From NCBI GenBank assembly GCA_049975365.1, contig JBNGDS010000006.1:3199-57026 (forward strand): a DNA stretch of 53,828 bases. Reading direction: 5' to 3'. This document shows positions 1-10,301 of this stretch, piece after piece; the stretch's first letter is position 1, and each line of letters opens with the position of its first letter. The position numbers were made by a program, and so were the translations under genes. Below the pieces are notes generated by a model. That model did no database searches and was not told the origin of the DNA. It was given only the letters and a program-made list of their open reading frames with translations. The DNA comes from Desulfomonilia bacterium (GTDB lineage: Bacteria > Desulfobacterota > Desulfomonilia > UBA1062).

Positions 1-1103
1 GGCCGTTCGTTCGATTTCTCTCTGGGTATTTTCCCACCCCAGGCTCACGCGGATGGTGCCGAAGGCCTGCTCCGGAGGGATGCCCATGGCAGTAAACACG
101 TGGGGGGGCTTTTTGAAAACACCGATGCCCCAGAGCCCACAGCAATCCCCTCGATATCGAGCCAGGCTGCAATGGAATCTCCCTCGACACCAGGGAGGGA
201 AATGCACAGGAAGTGGGGGAGTCTCTGCTCGGGGTGCCCCAGGATTCGTGCTCCCGTGATCCTGGTGAGGATGGTGTCCTGGAGCATATCCCTCAGGGTT
301 CTCACCGTGCCTGGATACTGGTCGAGTTCGGACGAGGCAAGTTCACATGCCTTCCCAAAGCCCACGATAGCGGGGAGATTCACAGTGCCGGGTCTCAGCC
401 CCTTCTCCTGACCTGATCCAAAGATCATCGGGTCAAGGGCAGTGCCTCTCCTGACATACAGGGCACCCACACCCTTGGGGCCGTAGATCTTGTGGGACGA
501 GGCGCTCAGGAGGGTTATCCCGAGGTCGTCCACGTTGATCGGAATCTTCCCCAGGCTCTGGGCGGCATCGGTATGGAAGGCGATGTTCCTGCTGCGCGCG
601 ATGCGCCCGATCTCAGATGCGGGTTGGAGTGTTCCAGTCTCGTTGTTGCCGTGCATGACGGAGATGAGGATGGTGTCCTGTCGGATGGCCCCCTCGAGTT
701 CTGCACTGTCGATCACGCCGTGGGCATCTACTCCCAGGAAGGTCACCTCAAAGCCCATCTCTTCGAGGTGCCTGCAGGACTTCAGGACGGCGTTGTGCTC
801 AATGGTTGAGGTGATGATGTGCCTGCCCTGTTCCCGGTGAGCCAAGCAATACCCGATGATTGCGAGGTTGGCAGACTCTGTGCCCCCGCTGGTGAAGATG
901 ATCTCGTCCGGGTGTGCCTGTATGAGGGATGCCACCCGTCTGCGGGCCTCTTCCAGGGCGTTCTGGGAACGCTCGCCGAGCTCATAGGCACTGCCCGGGT
1001 TCCCGAAATGATTTCCAAAATAGGGAAGCATCACCCCCAGGACATCCGGCCGAACCGGGGTCGTGGCTGCGTGATCGAGGAAAATCTGTCTTGAGCGCGA
1101 CAT
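1..1103 (-). CDS. NifS/IscS-like cysteine desulfurase family PLP enzyme (class V); frameshifted near the 3' end, catalytic Cys absent, runs off the window
   Basis: Motifs IFLDHAATTP, FTSGGTES, HGNNETG, HTDAAQ, SHKIYGPKGVG (PLP Lys). The ORF stops at 45, but a shifted frame continues PHVFTAMGIPPEQAFGTIRVSLGWENTQREIER to position 1. Confidence 0.88.
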
Positions 1104-1441
1104 TGTTGCAGTACCCTTTCACCTCTCAGTCAGAAACACCGCCGTCACCCTGCATTAGCAATCACACAGGATCGTGTTTCAGTTATGCCGGAATACTCTG
1201 CCCACGTTCTCCAACCAGGGTTCCTGCGTGTATCATGAGACCAGGTCCAGGAAGGATTCCCGATGGTACTCCCCGTAGCTATATCAAGAGGGCCAACGAT
1301 TCAAGCTCTTATTTCGTCGACAGATCCATGCCCGGTGCCCCTGGAGATGACAGGAGGTTCCAATGGAATCGACATGTTCTGAAAGTATCCGGTTCCGGGT
1401 GATACACAGACACTATCTTTGAACATGAGATCTGTCGTGTC

Positions 1442-1470
1442 TTCATCAAAGAGGCGTTCCATGGTATAAC
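1442..1470 (+). promoter_or_regulatory. candidate sigma70 promoter for recCBD
   Basis: TTCATC-N17-TATAAC with TG extended -10, 30 nt before the recC ATG. Confidence 0.4.
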
Positions 1471-1500
1471 AATCTGCAAGGATCATGTCATGGAGATGAA

Positions 1501-4500
1501 ATGCCCGGATTGAAGGTGTTTGTAAGCAACAGGCTCGAAACGCTCGCTTCCGAACTGGCCGCAGTACTCTCCTCCCCGCTCGCTTCCCCCCTGACCAAGG
1601 AGATCGTGGTTGTCCAGAGCACAGGTATGCAGAGGTGGGTCTCCATGAAGCTCGCCGCACTCAACGGCATCTGTACACATACGTCTTTTCCCTTTCCCAA
1701 TGCAGTGCTCAGAGATCTCTTCACACGGGTGATGCCATCAACGGTTCAGGATGAGTCGTTTGACGTGGAATACATGACCTGGAGGCTCATGGACCTGATC
1801 CCGAAACATCTCGGGGATCCCGGATTTTCAGGAATACAGGGCTATCTTGAGAACGACCCGGATGGACTCAAGCTCTTTCAGCTCTCCCGGGTCCTGGCTG
1901 ATACCTTCGATCAGTACATGATCTTCCGGCCGGATTTGATCCTCGATTGGGAGAAGGGCAGGGCCTCTCATGTTCCAGATCACGCACAGGAAGAATACTG
2001 GCAGTCCTGCCTGTGGAGAGATCTGGCCCGACATACCACAGGATTTCACCGAGCCCGTCTCCGGATGGCATTTCTCCAGGCACTGGACTCCTGTGATCCG
2101 GGCAAGCTGCCGGAGCGGATATCCGTATTTGGGATTTCTTATCTGCCCAGGTTTCATCTGGATATCTTCGGTGCACTCTCACATGTGACGCACGTGTACC
2201 TCTTCCTCATGAACCCCTGCAGTGAATTCTGGTCCCATATCCGATCGCGCAATCAGATCTCCAGGATGAAACGCTCGACCGGTCATCAGGTCGGTAATGA
2301 CCTTCATCTCGAGCAGGGGAATCCTCTCCTCGCCGCCCTTGGCTCTCTGGGAAGGGACTTCTTCGATATCATCCTGGAGCAGGATTTCGAAGGGTGTGAA
2401 TGGTACAGCCCGACAGGCCTTGATACGATGCTCGGATGCGTACAGGATGACATCCTCGAGTTGAAGGATCCTCATGATACAGGCAAGCGGGAGGTGAGGG
2501 ACACGGACAGATCAATTCAGGTTCATTCCTGCCACAGCCCCATGCGAGAGGTGGAGGTCCTGTTTGATTCTCTGTTGAGTCTGTTCGAAGAGACCCCTGA
2601 CTTGAGGCCTGAGGAAATCCTGGTGATGGCACCGGATATAGAGACCTATGCACCTCTGGTTCACGCGGTCTTCGATCTCCCCCGGAGTGACCAGTGTTTC
2701 ATTCCGTTCAGCATTGCGGACCGTTCATTCAGGAGATTGAACGAGATCACCGACACCTTTCTGTCCCTCCTCGAACTCCCGGGGAGCCGGTATGAGGCAT
2801 CAAGGGTATTCTCGATCCTGGAGGCCGGTTCGGTCAGAAAAAAATTCTCCCTCGATGAGGAAGACCTCGCACTGATCCAGACGTGGATCAGTGATGCGAA
2901 CATCAGGTGGGGGCGCAGGAACCAGAGTGGCGATGACAGCACCTCGCCCGGCCCCGAACAGAATACCTGGGAGTGGGGCATCAGAAGACTGCTCCTGGGG
3001 TACGCAATGCCGACTTCAAGGACAGGGCTCTTTGAGGAGATTCTTCCCTCAGGTGACATCCAGGGCGAGGATTCACTCGTCCTGGGACATTTTCTCGACT
3101 ATGTGCAGACCCTCTTTTCATTCACGAGTTCCATGAAGCATGCACGGCCGCTGAAGGACTGGTCGAGAACCCTCATGGACATGGTCGATGCATTCTTTGC
3201 GGAAGATGAAGCTCCCCATGAAACGCTGCACACCCTCAGAGCATCGCTGGGAAATCTTGCCAGGGCACAGGACATTTCCTGTTTTTCAGACATCCTTTCC
3301 CTGGAAGTGATCAGAAGCTGTCTGAAAGACTGCCTGGAGAGGTCCCGGGAGGGGACGGGATTCATATCACGAGGGGTGACATTCTGTTCCATGCTGCCCA
3401 TGCGCAGTATCCCGTTCAGGGTTATCTGGCTGCTGGGAATGAATCACTCGAGCTACCCGAGACAGGCTCGTCGGACAGGATTCGATCTCATATCAGCGTT
3501 TCCGAACAGAGGGGACAGGTCGAAGCGTGACGATGATCTCTATATCTTCCTGGAGGCCATGCTGTCAGCTCGAGATGTCTTCTGCATGAGCTACACTGGG
3601 CAGGGCCTTCACGACAATGCATCGATACCACCATCAGTGGTCGTCAGCACGCTCGTGGAATATCTTGAGAGCTCTTTTCAGGTTCACGAGGGAAAGGGAA
3701 TACAGGACCGCGTGGTAAAAAGACACCCGCTTCAGGCATTCAACCCGAGATACTTCACAGGCGAGCAGGGGTTATTCAGCTACTCCACGGAAAATGCACG
3801 GGCAGCCATGAGCATCATTCGTGCCGGGAGAGAGCCGAGGGATTTCGGGGTGCACGCTCTCAGGGAGCCTGGCCCCGGGTGGAAGATCCTGGATATCGAG
3901 AGCTTGTCCGCATTCTTCAGGAATCCTGCACAGTACCTGCTGCGAAACAGACTCGGCCTTACCGTGATTGAAGGCACGAGAACTCTCCTGGACAGGGAAC
4001 CTTTCGAGATCGATTCGCTCCAGGCCTATCAGCTGAGGAGTATCCTCATTGAGGATGAACTGAACGGGATAGATCACGAAGAAACGCGGAAACGGCTCAT
4101 GGCTGAAGGTGTGCTCCCACACGGACCCATGGGAGAAAGTGACCTGGATGAGCTTTCGCAGGACATACAATCCCAGGCGAGAACCATCCGAAAACTCACG
4201 TATGGTCTCAAACCGCACTACGCAGACATCGAGTTCACGTGGGGAGATTTTCTCGTCAAGGGCCCCATCGCCCTCCAGGGAGAGCGAACCATTGTTGCCT
4301 ACAGGCCGGGTCTCCTGTCCGGCAACGATCTTGTCCGAATCTGGATCGCGCACCTCCTGGTGTGCGCCGCGAGTGAGGATTCGCAGGCACAAAGTCATCA
4401 CGTGGCACGTGACACCCTCGTCAGCTTCGATTCCGTACCCAATGCCAGGGGCATCATCGGAGACCTTCTCGCGATCTACTGGTCAGGATTGTGCAGACCC

Positions 4501-4749
4501 AGCCACTTCTTCCCCCAGAGCTCGTGGAAATTCTCTTCTTCACCGAAGACCGGAGACAGGACCCAAGAAGATCGCCTCAAGGCAGCACGAGCAGCATGGG
4601 AGGGTAGCTATGCCCTTCGTCCAGAAAGCGATGACATCTACTACCGCATCTGTTTTGGGGGAGTCGATCCCCTCGATGACGAGTTCATGATGAACTCGGA
4701 GAACGTGTTCGGGCCATTGCTGGAACACGCCCGACTGGAGAAACTGTGA
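1501..4749 (+). CDS. recC: exodeoxyribonuclease V gamma subunit
   Basis: SNRLETL, VVQSTGMQRW, CHSPMREVEVL, PMRSIPFRV, HPLQAF motifs; 1082 aa; first gene of the recCBD cluster. Confidence 0.96.
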   Translation: MPGLKVFVSNRLETLASELAAVLSSPLASPLTKEIVVVQSTGMQRWVSMKLAALNGICTHTSFPFPNAVLRDLFTRVMPSTVQDESFDVEYMTWRLMDLIPKHLGDPGFSGIQGYLENDPDGLKLFQLSRVLADTFDQYMIFRPDLILDWEKGRASHVPDHAQEEYWQSCLWRDLARHTTGFHRARLRMAFLQALDSCDPGKLPERISVFGISYLPRFHLDIFGALSHVTHVYLFLMNPCSEFWSHIRSRNQISRMKRSTGHQVGNDLHLEQGNPLLAALGSLGRDFFDIILEQDFEGCEWYSPTGLDTMLGCVQDDILELKDPHDTGKREVRDTDRSIQVHSCHSPMREVEVLFDSLLSLFEETPDLRPEEILVMAPDIETYAPLVHAVFDLPRSDQCFIPFSIADRSFRRLNEITDTFLSLLELPGSRYEASRVFSILEAGSVRKKFSLDEEDLALIQTWISDANIRWGRRNQSGDDSTSPGPEQNTWEWGIRRLLLGYAMPTSRTGLFEEILPSGDIQGEDSLVLGHFLDYVQTLFSFTSSMKHARPLKDWSRTLMDMVDAFFAEDEAPHETLHTLRASLGNLARAQDISCFSDILSLEVIRSCLKDCLERSREGTGFISRGVTFCSMLPMRSIPFRVIWLLGMNHSSYPRQARRTGFDLISAFPNRGDRSKRDDDLYIFLEAMLSARDVFCMSYTGQGLHDNASIPPSVVVSTLVEYLESSFQVHEGKGIQDRVVKRHPLQAFNPRYFTGEQGLFSYSTENARAAMSIIRAGREPRDFGVHALREPGPGWKILDIESLSAFFRNPAQYLLRNRLGLTVIEGTRTLLDREPFEIDSLQAYQLRSILIEDELNGIDHEETRKRLMAEGVLPHGPMGESDLDELSQDIQSQARTIRKLTYGLKPHYADIEFTWGDFLVKGPIALQGERTIVAYRPGLLSGNDLVRIWIAHLLVCAASEDSQAQSHHVARDTLVSFDSVPNARGIIGDLLAIYWSGLCRPSHFFPQSSWKFSSSPKTGDRTQEDRLKAARAAWEGSYALRPESDDIYYRICFGGVDPLDDEFMMNSENVFGPLLEHARLEKL

Positions 4750-7700
4750 ACAGCACTCATCTGTTGAACATCTCCCTCGAAGGAATCCACCTCATCGAGG
4801 CAAGTGCAGGCACAGGCAAGACATACACCCTCACGTCCCTCTACCTCAGATATCTCCTTGAACATGAGCTCAGTGTTGATCAGATCCTTGTTGTCACCTA
4901 CACCGTTCCGGCAACCGATGAGTTGAGAGAACGGATTCGTGCCAGGATACGCTGTGCCATTGACGCGTTCTCCGAAAGTTCCTGTGATGATGAATTCATT
5001 TGCTGCCTGAAAGGATCCGGGAAAGATCTCTCCAGATCAGCCATGCTTCTGACCGATGCCCTGCATCGCTTCGACGAGGCGGCCATTTTCACCATTCACG
5101 GGTTTTGCCAGAGAATGCTCAACGACATGGCATTCGAGAGCGGAAGCCCTTTTACGAGTGAACTCATCACCGATCAGTCGGAGATCCTTCTCCAGGTCAT
5201 AGACGATTTTTTCAGGCAGCACGTTTTGAAGCAGTCAAACCCCGAGTTCATTCGCTATGCGCGAAACAAGGGGGTCACCCCTGAGGGTCTCCTCGCTCTT
5301 GTACGGCGGGTTCCGCTTCACGCCTCCATCACGCCCGATGGTGAGAAACCGGATATCGAAGCAGCGTGTTCCCGGTACAGACACACGTTCGAACAGGTAC
5401 AGCAGTGCTGGAATTCAGACCGTGAAGAAATCTTGAACCTCCTGTCGTCGAACTCCGGCCTGAAACGCTCCATCTACAAGCAATCATCAATTGCGACCTG
5501 GGGCAGTCAGATGGATGAGTTCATATCATCCCGGGGCAGAACCCTGCCGCTGTTCCCCCACTTCGATCGATTCACCACCTCAAAGATCAGATCCTCTCTC
5601 AAGATGGGATTCAGCGCACCGGAACACAGATTCTTCTCTTTGGGCGACGAGCTCATGGAAAGAGCTCACGAGTTCGTCGCCGCCATGGATGATGGCATCA
5701 CCTGGCTGAAGCGGGAGCTCTTCCGGTTCGTGGACGCGGAACTCCCCGGGAGAAAGGAAAAAAACGGACTGATCCATTTCGACGATCTGCTCCTGAAGAT
5801 GAGGAACGCACTCCGATCCGAGAGTGGAGGGCATCTGGCACGCGCGGTCCGGAAACAGGTGAAGGCTGCACTGATCGATGAATTTCAGGACACGGATCCG
5901 ATCCAGTACGAGATATTCAGGGCACTCTTCCCTTCGGGCCCCCTGTTTCTGATCGGTGATCCGAAGCAGGCGATCTACAGCTTCAGGGGTGCCGACATCT
6001 TCACCTACCTCGAGGCATCGCGGGCCATACCGGCTGGCAACAGTCACACCCTCACGGAGAACTACAGGAGTGATCCGGGTCTGATCCGGGCAACGAATAC
6101 ACTCTTTTCATCATGCAGGGGCCCTTTCATATTTCAGGAGATCGGCTTTGAGCCAGTGACCCCCGCGCTCAAAGAAGACAGGGAAATTCTCCGGGATGGA
6201 GAGAACTCCCCGTTCACCGTCTGGTTTTTCCGGTCAGGCTCAGAGAGGCCCATGTCCAAATCCGATGGTGAGGGCATCGTGACAGAGGCCATGGTGTGTG
6301 AGATATCCCGACTTCTCAACAAGGGACATCTCGGTCAGCTCCGTATCGGTCAGTGCCCGCTGAAACCACGAAACATCGCCATTCTCGTGCGGGAAAACCG
6401 GCAGGCGCGGATGATCCGTGATATCCTTCGAACCCACGAGATCCCCTGTGTGATTCTGAGCGATGAAAATATCTTCGACAGCCCCGAATCGCTCGACATG
6501 GAGCTGGTTCTGAAAGCCATCTCACAGCCGTTTTCCGAGGGACTCATCAGGACCGCCCTTGCGACCCCCATCCTGGGATTCACCGCGCATGACATCGATG
6601 CGCTCATGGAGAATGAGCACATCTGGGAGCAGTGGATCATCAGGTTCAGGACCTGTCATGAAGTCTGGCGCTCAAGAGGATTCATCTCCATGTTCAGGAG
6701 ATTCATTTCAGAGGTCGGTCTGAGGGAGAGGATTCTCTCCCAGCATAGGGGCGAACGCATACTCACCAATATCCTCCACCTCAGCGAGGTATTGAACCAG
6801 GCCGAGAGAGACAGGAAACTGGGAATGCATCAGCTCCTGAAATGGCTTTCACAGCAGCGCGATCCTTCCATGCTGAGACAAGATGAACACCAGTTGAGGC
6901 TCGAGACGGATGAGGATGCCGTCAAGGTGCTCACTGTACACAAGAGCAAAGGGCTTGAATTTCCTGTCGTGTTCTGTCCGTTTTCATGGGCGGGAACCAC
7001 TCTGCGAGATGGAGAACACATGTTGTTCCACGATCCGACACATCACTGGGCACCAACCTTCGATCTCTCCTCGGCGGCTCATGATGCGCACAGGAGATAT
7101 GCCTGGGAAGAAGCACTCGCAGAGAACATGAGGCTGCTCTATGTGGCCGTGACCAGGGCGAAACACAGGTGTTATCTCGTCTGGGGCAGATTCAACCAGG
7201 CTGAGACATCTTCGCTGGCACATCTCCTCCATAGCGGGCACCTCCGGCACGATTCAGAGGGGGGCCGTGTGCTCACAGCAGCTCTCGAGGATGAGGCAGT
7301 GATGATCAGGGATCTCGAGGCGGTTGCAGACGATGCAGGAAAGGATGTCTCTCTTGAAGAGCCTCCCAGAGGGAAGCCGGAAAAGTACATCGGCCAGTCT
7401 CTGCCATCAGGGCCTGTTACACCCAGGACGTTTCGAGGGACCATTGACAGATCCTGGGGGATCGCGAGCTTCACCTCGCTGGTGACTGGCAGCACCTCTC
7501 CCCTTGAAGAGGTTGCAGACCGTGATGCACTCTCTCCCATTGCGCCGTCTTTTCCGGCTGGTTCCCCTGAACAGATCCTCGACATGTTCAGTCTCCCCAG
7601 GGGTGCGCGAACCGGGAGACTTCTTCACCGCATTTTTGAACTCCTTGATTATCAGGCAGATGAGGACACGATCATGTCGTGCATCACCCGGGTCATGGAG

Positions 7701-8333
7701 GAATTCGGCTTCGATGAGAAATGGGACAGCGTGATCTTCACCATGGTGAAAAAGGTTCTCAGGGTTCGATTCGGAGATGTTTCACTCTCAGAGATCAGCA
7801 GTGATTCGCGAGTTGCTGAGTTGGAATTTTACGTGCCGCTCAAGAAAACCACTCCCAACACCCTGTTTGACATATTTCGGAGGTTCGACATGCACTACCC
7901 GGCCTTTCCTGAGATGATGAGGTCCCTGTCGTTCGATCCTGTCCAGGGGTATCTGAGGGGGTTCATCGATCTCGTGTTCAGCTCGAACGGCAGGTTCTTC
8001 ATCGTGGACTGGAAATCGAATTTCCTGGGGGATACTGTAGAAGATTACACCGGAGAATGTCTCCAGGAAGTCATGAGGAAGGACTACTACATTCTGCAGT
8101 ATCACCTCTACACCCTGGCGCTGGATCAGCACCTCAGGAGGACCGTGAGATCCTACTCCTACCGGGAACATGTTGCAGGCGTGTACTATGTCTTTCTTCG
8201 TGGCATCGATCCTGATTCCGGGTCCGAATACGGACTGTATTCAGTGCGGCCTGAAGAGGAGGTTATCAGCAGTCTGCGCGAGAGGCTGGTCGCAGACCCG
8301 GTGAAGACCCGGGAAGGGAATCTGTTCAGATGA
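4746..8333 (+). CDS. recB: exodeoxyribonuclease V beta subunit
   Basis: Walker A ASAGTGKT, IDEFQDTD, IGDPKQAIY, TVHKSKGLEF, YVAVTRA, nuclease GFIDL..DWKSN; GTGA overlap with recC. Confidence 0.97.
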   Translation: MNSTHLLNISLEGIHLIEASAGTGKTYTLTSLYLRYLLEHELSVDQILVVTYTVPATDELRERIRARIRCAIDAFSESSCDDEFICCLKGSGKDLSRSAMLLTDALHRFDEAAIFTIHGFCQRMLNDMAFESGSPFTSELITDQSEILLQVIDDFFRQHVLKQSNPEFIRYARNKGVTPEGLLALVRRVPLHASITPDGEKPDIEAACSRYRHTFEQVQQCWNSDREEILNLLSSNSGLKRSIYKQSSIATWGSQMDEFISSRGRTLPLFPHFDRFTTSKIRSSLKMGFSAPEHRFFSLGDELMERAHEFVAAMDDGITWLKRELFRFVDAELPGRKEKNGLIHFDDLLLKMRNALRSESGGHLARAVRKQVKAALIDEFQDTDPIQYEIFRALFPSGPLFLIGDPKQAIYSFRGADIFTYLEASRAIPAGNSHTLTENYRSDPGLIRATNTLFSSCRGPFIFQEIGFEPVTPALKEDREILRDGENSPFTVWFFRSGSERPMSKSDGEGIVTEAMVCEISRLLNKGHLGQLRIGQCPLKPRNIAILVRENRQARMIRDILRTHEIPCVILSDENIFDSPESLDMELVLKAISQPFSEGLIRTALATPILGFTAHDIDALMENEHIWEQWIIRFRTCHEVWRSRGFISMFRRFISEVGLRERILSQHRGERILTNILHLSEVLNQAERDRKLGMHQLLKWLSQQRDPSMLRQDEHQLRLETDEDAVKVLTVHKSKGLEFPVVFCPFSWAGTTLRDGEHMLFHDPTHHWAPTFDLSSAAHDAHRRYAWEEALAENMRLLYVAVTRAKHRCYLVWGRFNQAETSSLAHLLHSGHLRHDSEGGRVLTAALEDEAVMIRDLEAVADDAGKDVSLEEPPRGKPEKYIGQSLPSGPVTPRTFRGTIDRSWGIASFTSLVTGSTSPLEEVADRDALSPIAPSFPAGSPEQILDMFSLPRGARTGRLLHRIFELLDYQADEDTIMSCITRVMEEFGFDEKWDSVIFTMVKKVLRVRFGDVSLSEISSDSRVAELEFYVPLKKTTPNTLFDIFRRFDMHYPAFPEMMRSLSFDPVQGYLRGFIDLVFSSNGRFFIVDWKSNFLGDTVEDYTGECLQEVMRKDYYILQYHLYTLALDQHLRRTVRSYSYREHVAGVYYVFLRGIDPDSGSEYGLYSVRPEEEVISSLRERLVADPVKTREGNLFR

Positions 8334-10156
8334 GAGACGAATTTTCCCTGAGAGCAGATGGAAAAACCCCGTTCTTCGAGTCCATCGACATCCATTTTGC
8401 GCGGTTCATGGAAGAGCTGTCGGGAACAGGCAAGGAGGTGCCCCTTGCTTCGGCGCTGGTCAGCAGGTACACGCGTGCTGGGCATATCTGTGTTGATCTC
8501 TCAGAGCTGTCAGGTGCAAGTATCGAGCATGCCGAACCTGATATCCCTGCCAGGTGTCCTGACAGTGAACACTGGATCGTATGCCTGAGGCGAAGCCCGG
8601 TTGTCGGGTTGCCCGGGGAGTCAACGCCGCTTGTTCTCGATGAGGATGGCAGGCTCTATCTTTGGAGGTACTGGGACTATGAGAAGAGGCTCGCTGACGG
8701 GCTGCGTGAACTGAGTTCCCGTGAGTTTCCGGTGAACACAGCTCTCCTGCTGGAAGGCCTTGATGCGTTGTTCCCCTCTGAGGAGGGAGGGGAGCCCGAC
8801 TGGCAGAAGATAGCGGCTATTATTGCAGTTATCAGTGGGCTGACAGTGGTGACAGGCGGGCCGGGAACAGGAAAGACGACCGTTGTCTCGCGAATTCTCA
8901 CCCTGCTGCTGGAACACAGCAGTAATACCCGCATTGCCCTGACCGCACCCACCGGCAAGGCAGCACAAAAGCTCCAGGAGTCTGTGCAATCATCTTCACA
9001 GAACCTGTCATGTTCCGGGGATATCAGGCGCTGTATCCCCAGGGAGGCATGTACGATCCATCGCCTTCTGGGGACGGTTCCGAGTTCGACCCGTTCCCGC
9101 TATTCGCGGGATCACCCCCTGCCCCACGATGTGATTGTGGTGGACGAAGCATCCATGGTGGCCCTTCCATTGATGTCCAGACTGGTCCAGGCTCTCAGGC
9201 CGGATGCGAGGCTGATCCTGCTCGGTGACAAGAATCAGCTCGCCTCGGTTGAAGCAGGGTACGTCCTAGGTGATATCTGTGACACGGGCAGACGTCACGG
9301 CTATTCTGAGAAACTCACCAGACGTGTGACGCATTTCGGGTGTGCGATGGACCGGCTCGAAGAAGGAAACGGCCTGCAGGATTCCATCGTCGAGCTCGAG
9401 AAAACATTCCGCTTCGCGCCCGAGAGTGGAATCTACCGGTTGAGCATCGCTGTCAATGAAGGTGATTCCCCCCGGTGCATGGACATCCTTGGGTCAGGGG
9501 ATTTTCCGGATCTCAGTTTCACTGAGTACCGCCACGGCAGAGACCTTGACAGGACTCTGCAGGAGAGTATTCTCCAGGGATACGCCCCATATCTTGCCGC
9601 CACATCGATAGAAGACATGTTCAGGTTGTTCGATTCCTTCAGAGTATTGTGTGCGCTCAGGGAAGGACCATTTGGAGTCCGCTCCATGAACTCGGTGATC
9701 GAACAGGTCCTGGTCCAGCGCAATCTTGTCTCCATCACGGGGGTTCACTACCATGGGAGGCCTGTGCTGATTACTGCCAATGACTATGCACTCCGGTTGT
9801 TCAATGGAGATACCGGCATTATCCTGTACGATGCAGAAGATGATGACCTGCGGGCCTTTTTCCCGATGGTCGGCGCCAGACCCAGGAAGATATCTCCCGT
9901 GAGGCTGCCGGTGCACGAGACAGCCTTTGCCATGACAGTGCACAAGAGCCAGGGGTCGGAGTATGATTCCGTCCTGCTGATTCTTCCAGACAGAGATTCT
10001 CCTGTCCTGACAAGAGAACTCGTGTACACCGGTATCACCAGGGCGAAGAAACACCTGGAAATCCGTGCCAGAGAGGATGTCTTTTCTGTTGGTGTTTCCC
10101 GCAGGATCGAAAGGAGTTCCGGCCTGAAAGCACGGCTCTGGGGAAGAAAGGCCTGA
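8330..10156 (+). CDS. recD: exodeoxyribonuclease V alpha subunit
   Basis: GGPGTGKTT, APTGKAA, TIHRLLG, VDEASM, TVHKSQGSE, YTGITRA; ATGA overlap with recB. Confidence 0.97.
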   Translation: MRDEFSLRADGKTPFFESIDIHFARFMEELSGTGKEVPLASALVSRYTRAGHICVDLSELSGASIEHAEPDIPARCPDSEHWIVCLRRSPVVGLPGESTPLVLDEDGRLYLWRYWDYEKRLADGLRELSSREFPVNTALLLEGLDALFPSEEGGEPDWQKIAAIIAVISGLTVVTGGPGTGKTTVVSRILTLLLEHSSNTRIALTAPTGKAAQKLQESVQSSSQNLSCSGDIRRCIPREACTIHRLLGTVPSSTRSRYSRDHPLPHDVIVVDEASMVALPLMSRLVQALRPDARLILLGDKNQLASVEAGYVLGDICDTGRRHGYSEKLTRRVTHFGCAMDRLEEGNGLQDSIVELEKTFRFAPESGIYRLSIAVNEGDSPRCMDILGSGDFPDLSFTEYRHGRDLDRTLQESILQGYAPYLAATSIEDMFRLFDSFRVLCALREGPFGVRSMNSVIEQVLVQRNLVSITGVHYHGRPVLITANDYALRLFNGDTGIILYDAEDDDLRAFFPMVGARPRKISPVRLPVHETAFAMTVHKSQGSEYDSVLLILPDRDSPVLTRELVYTGITRAKKHLEIRAREDVFSVGVSRRIERSSGLKARLWGRKA

Positions 10157-10208
10157 GTCAAGGATGAGGGGGAGTAGCCAATATTCAGTGTGATCAGAAA
10201 GCTGATTG

Positions 10209-10237
10209 TTGCATTGGAATGCCTCCCCGGGTAATAT
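10209..10237 (+). promoter_or_regulatory. candidate sigma70 promoter for the small protein gene
   Basis: TTGCAT-N17-TAATAT. Confidence 0.35.
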
Positions 10238-10301
10238 GAAACACAGGCCCCTTTTACAGGGTGTCTTTCATGATGATCGGAGATTATCAGCGGGGGTAGC
10301 C

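Noticed and set aside
1240-1260. CCAGGTCCAGGAAGGA resembling the SRP (4.5S) RNA core
   Set aside because: Lacks the CCGGAAGG tetraloop stem and the following AGCAG element
1301-1660. Minus-strand 119-aa ORF and other ORFs in the nifS/recC spacer
   Set aside because: Overlaps the recC start, with no RBS or recognisable motif
10158-10184. TCAA-N15-GCCAATAT sigma28-like spacing after recD
   Set aside because: The CGA core of the -10 is broken and a sigma70-like match lies downstream
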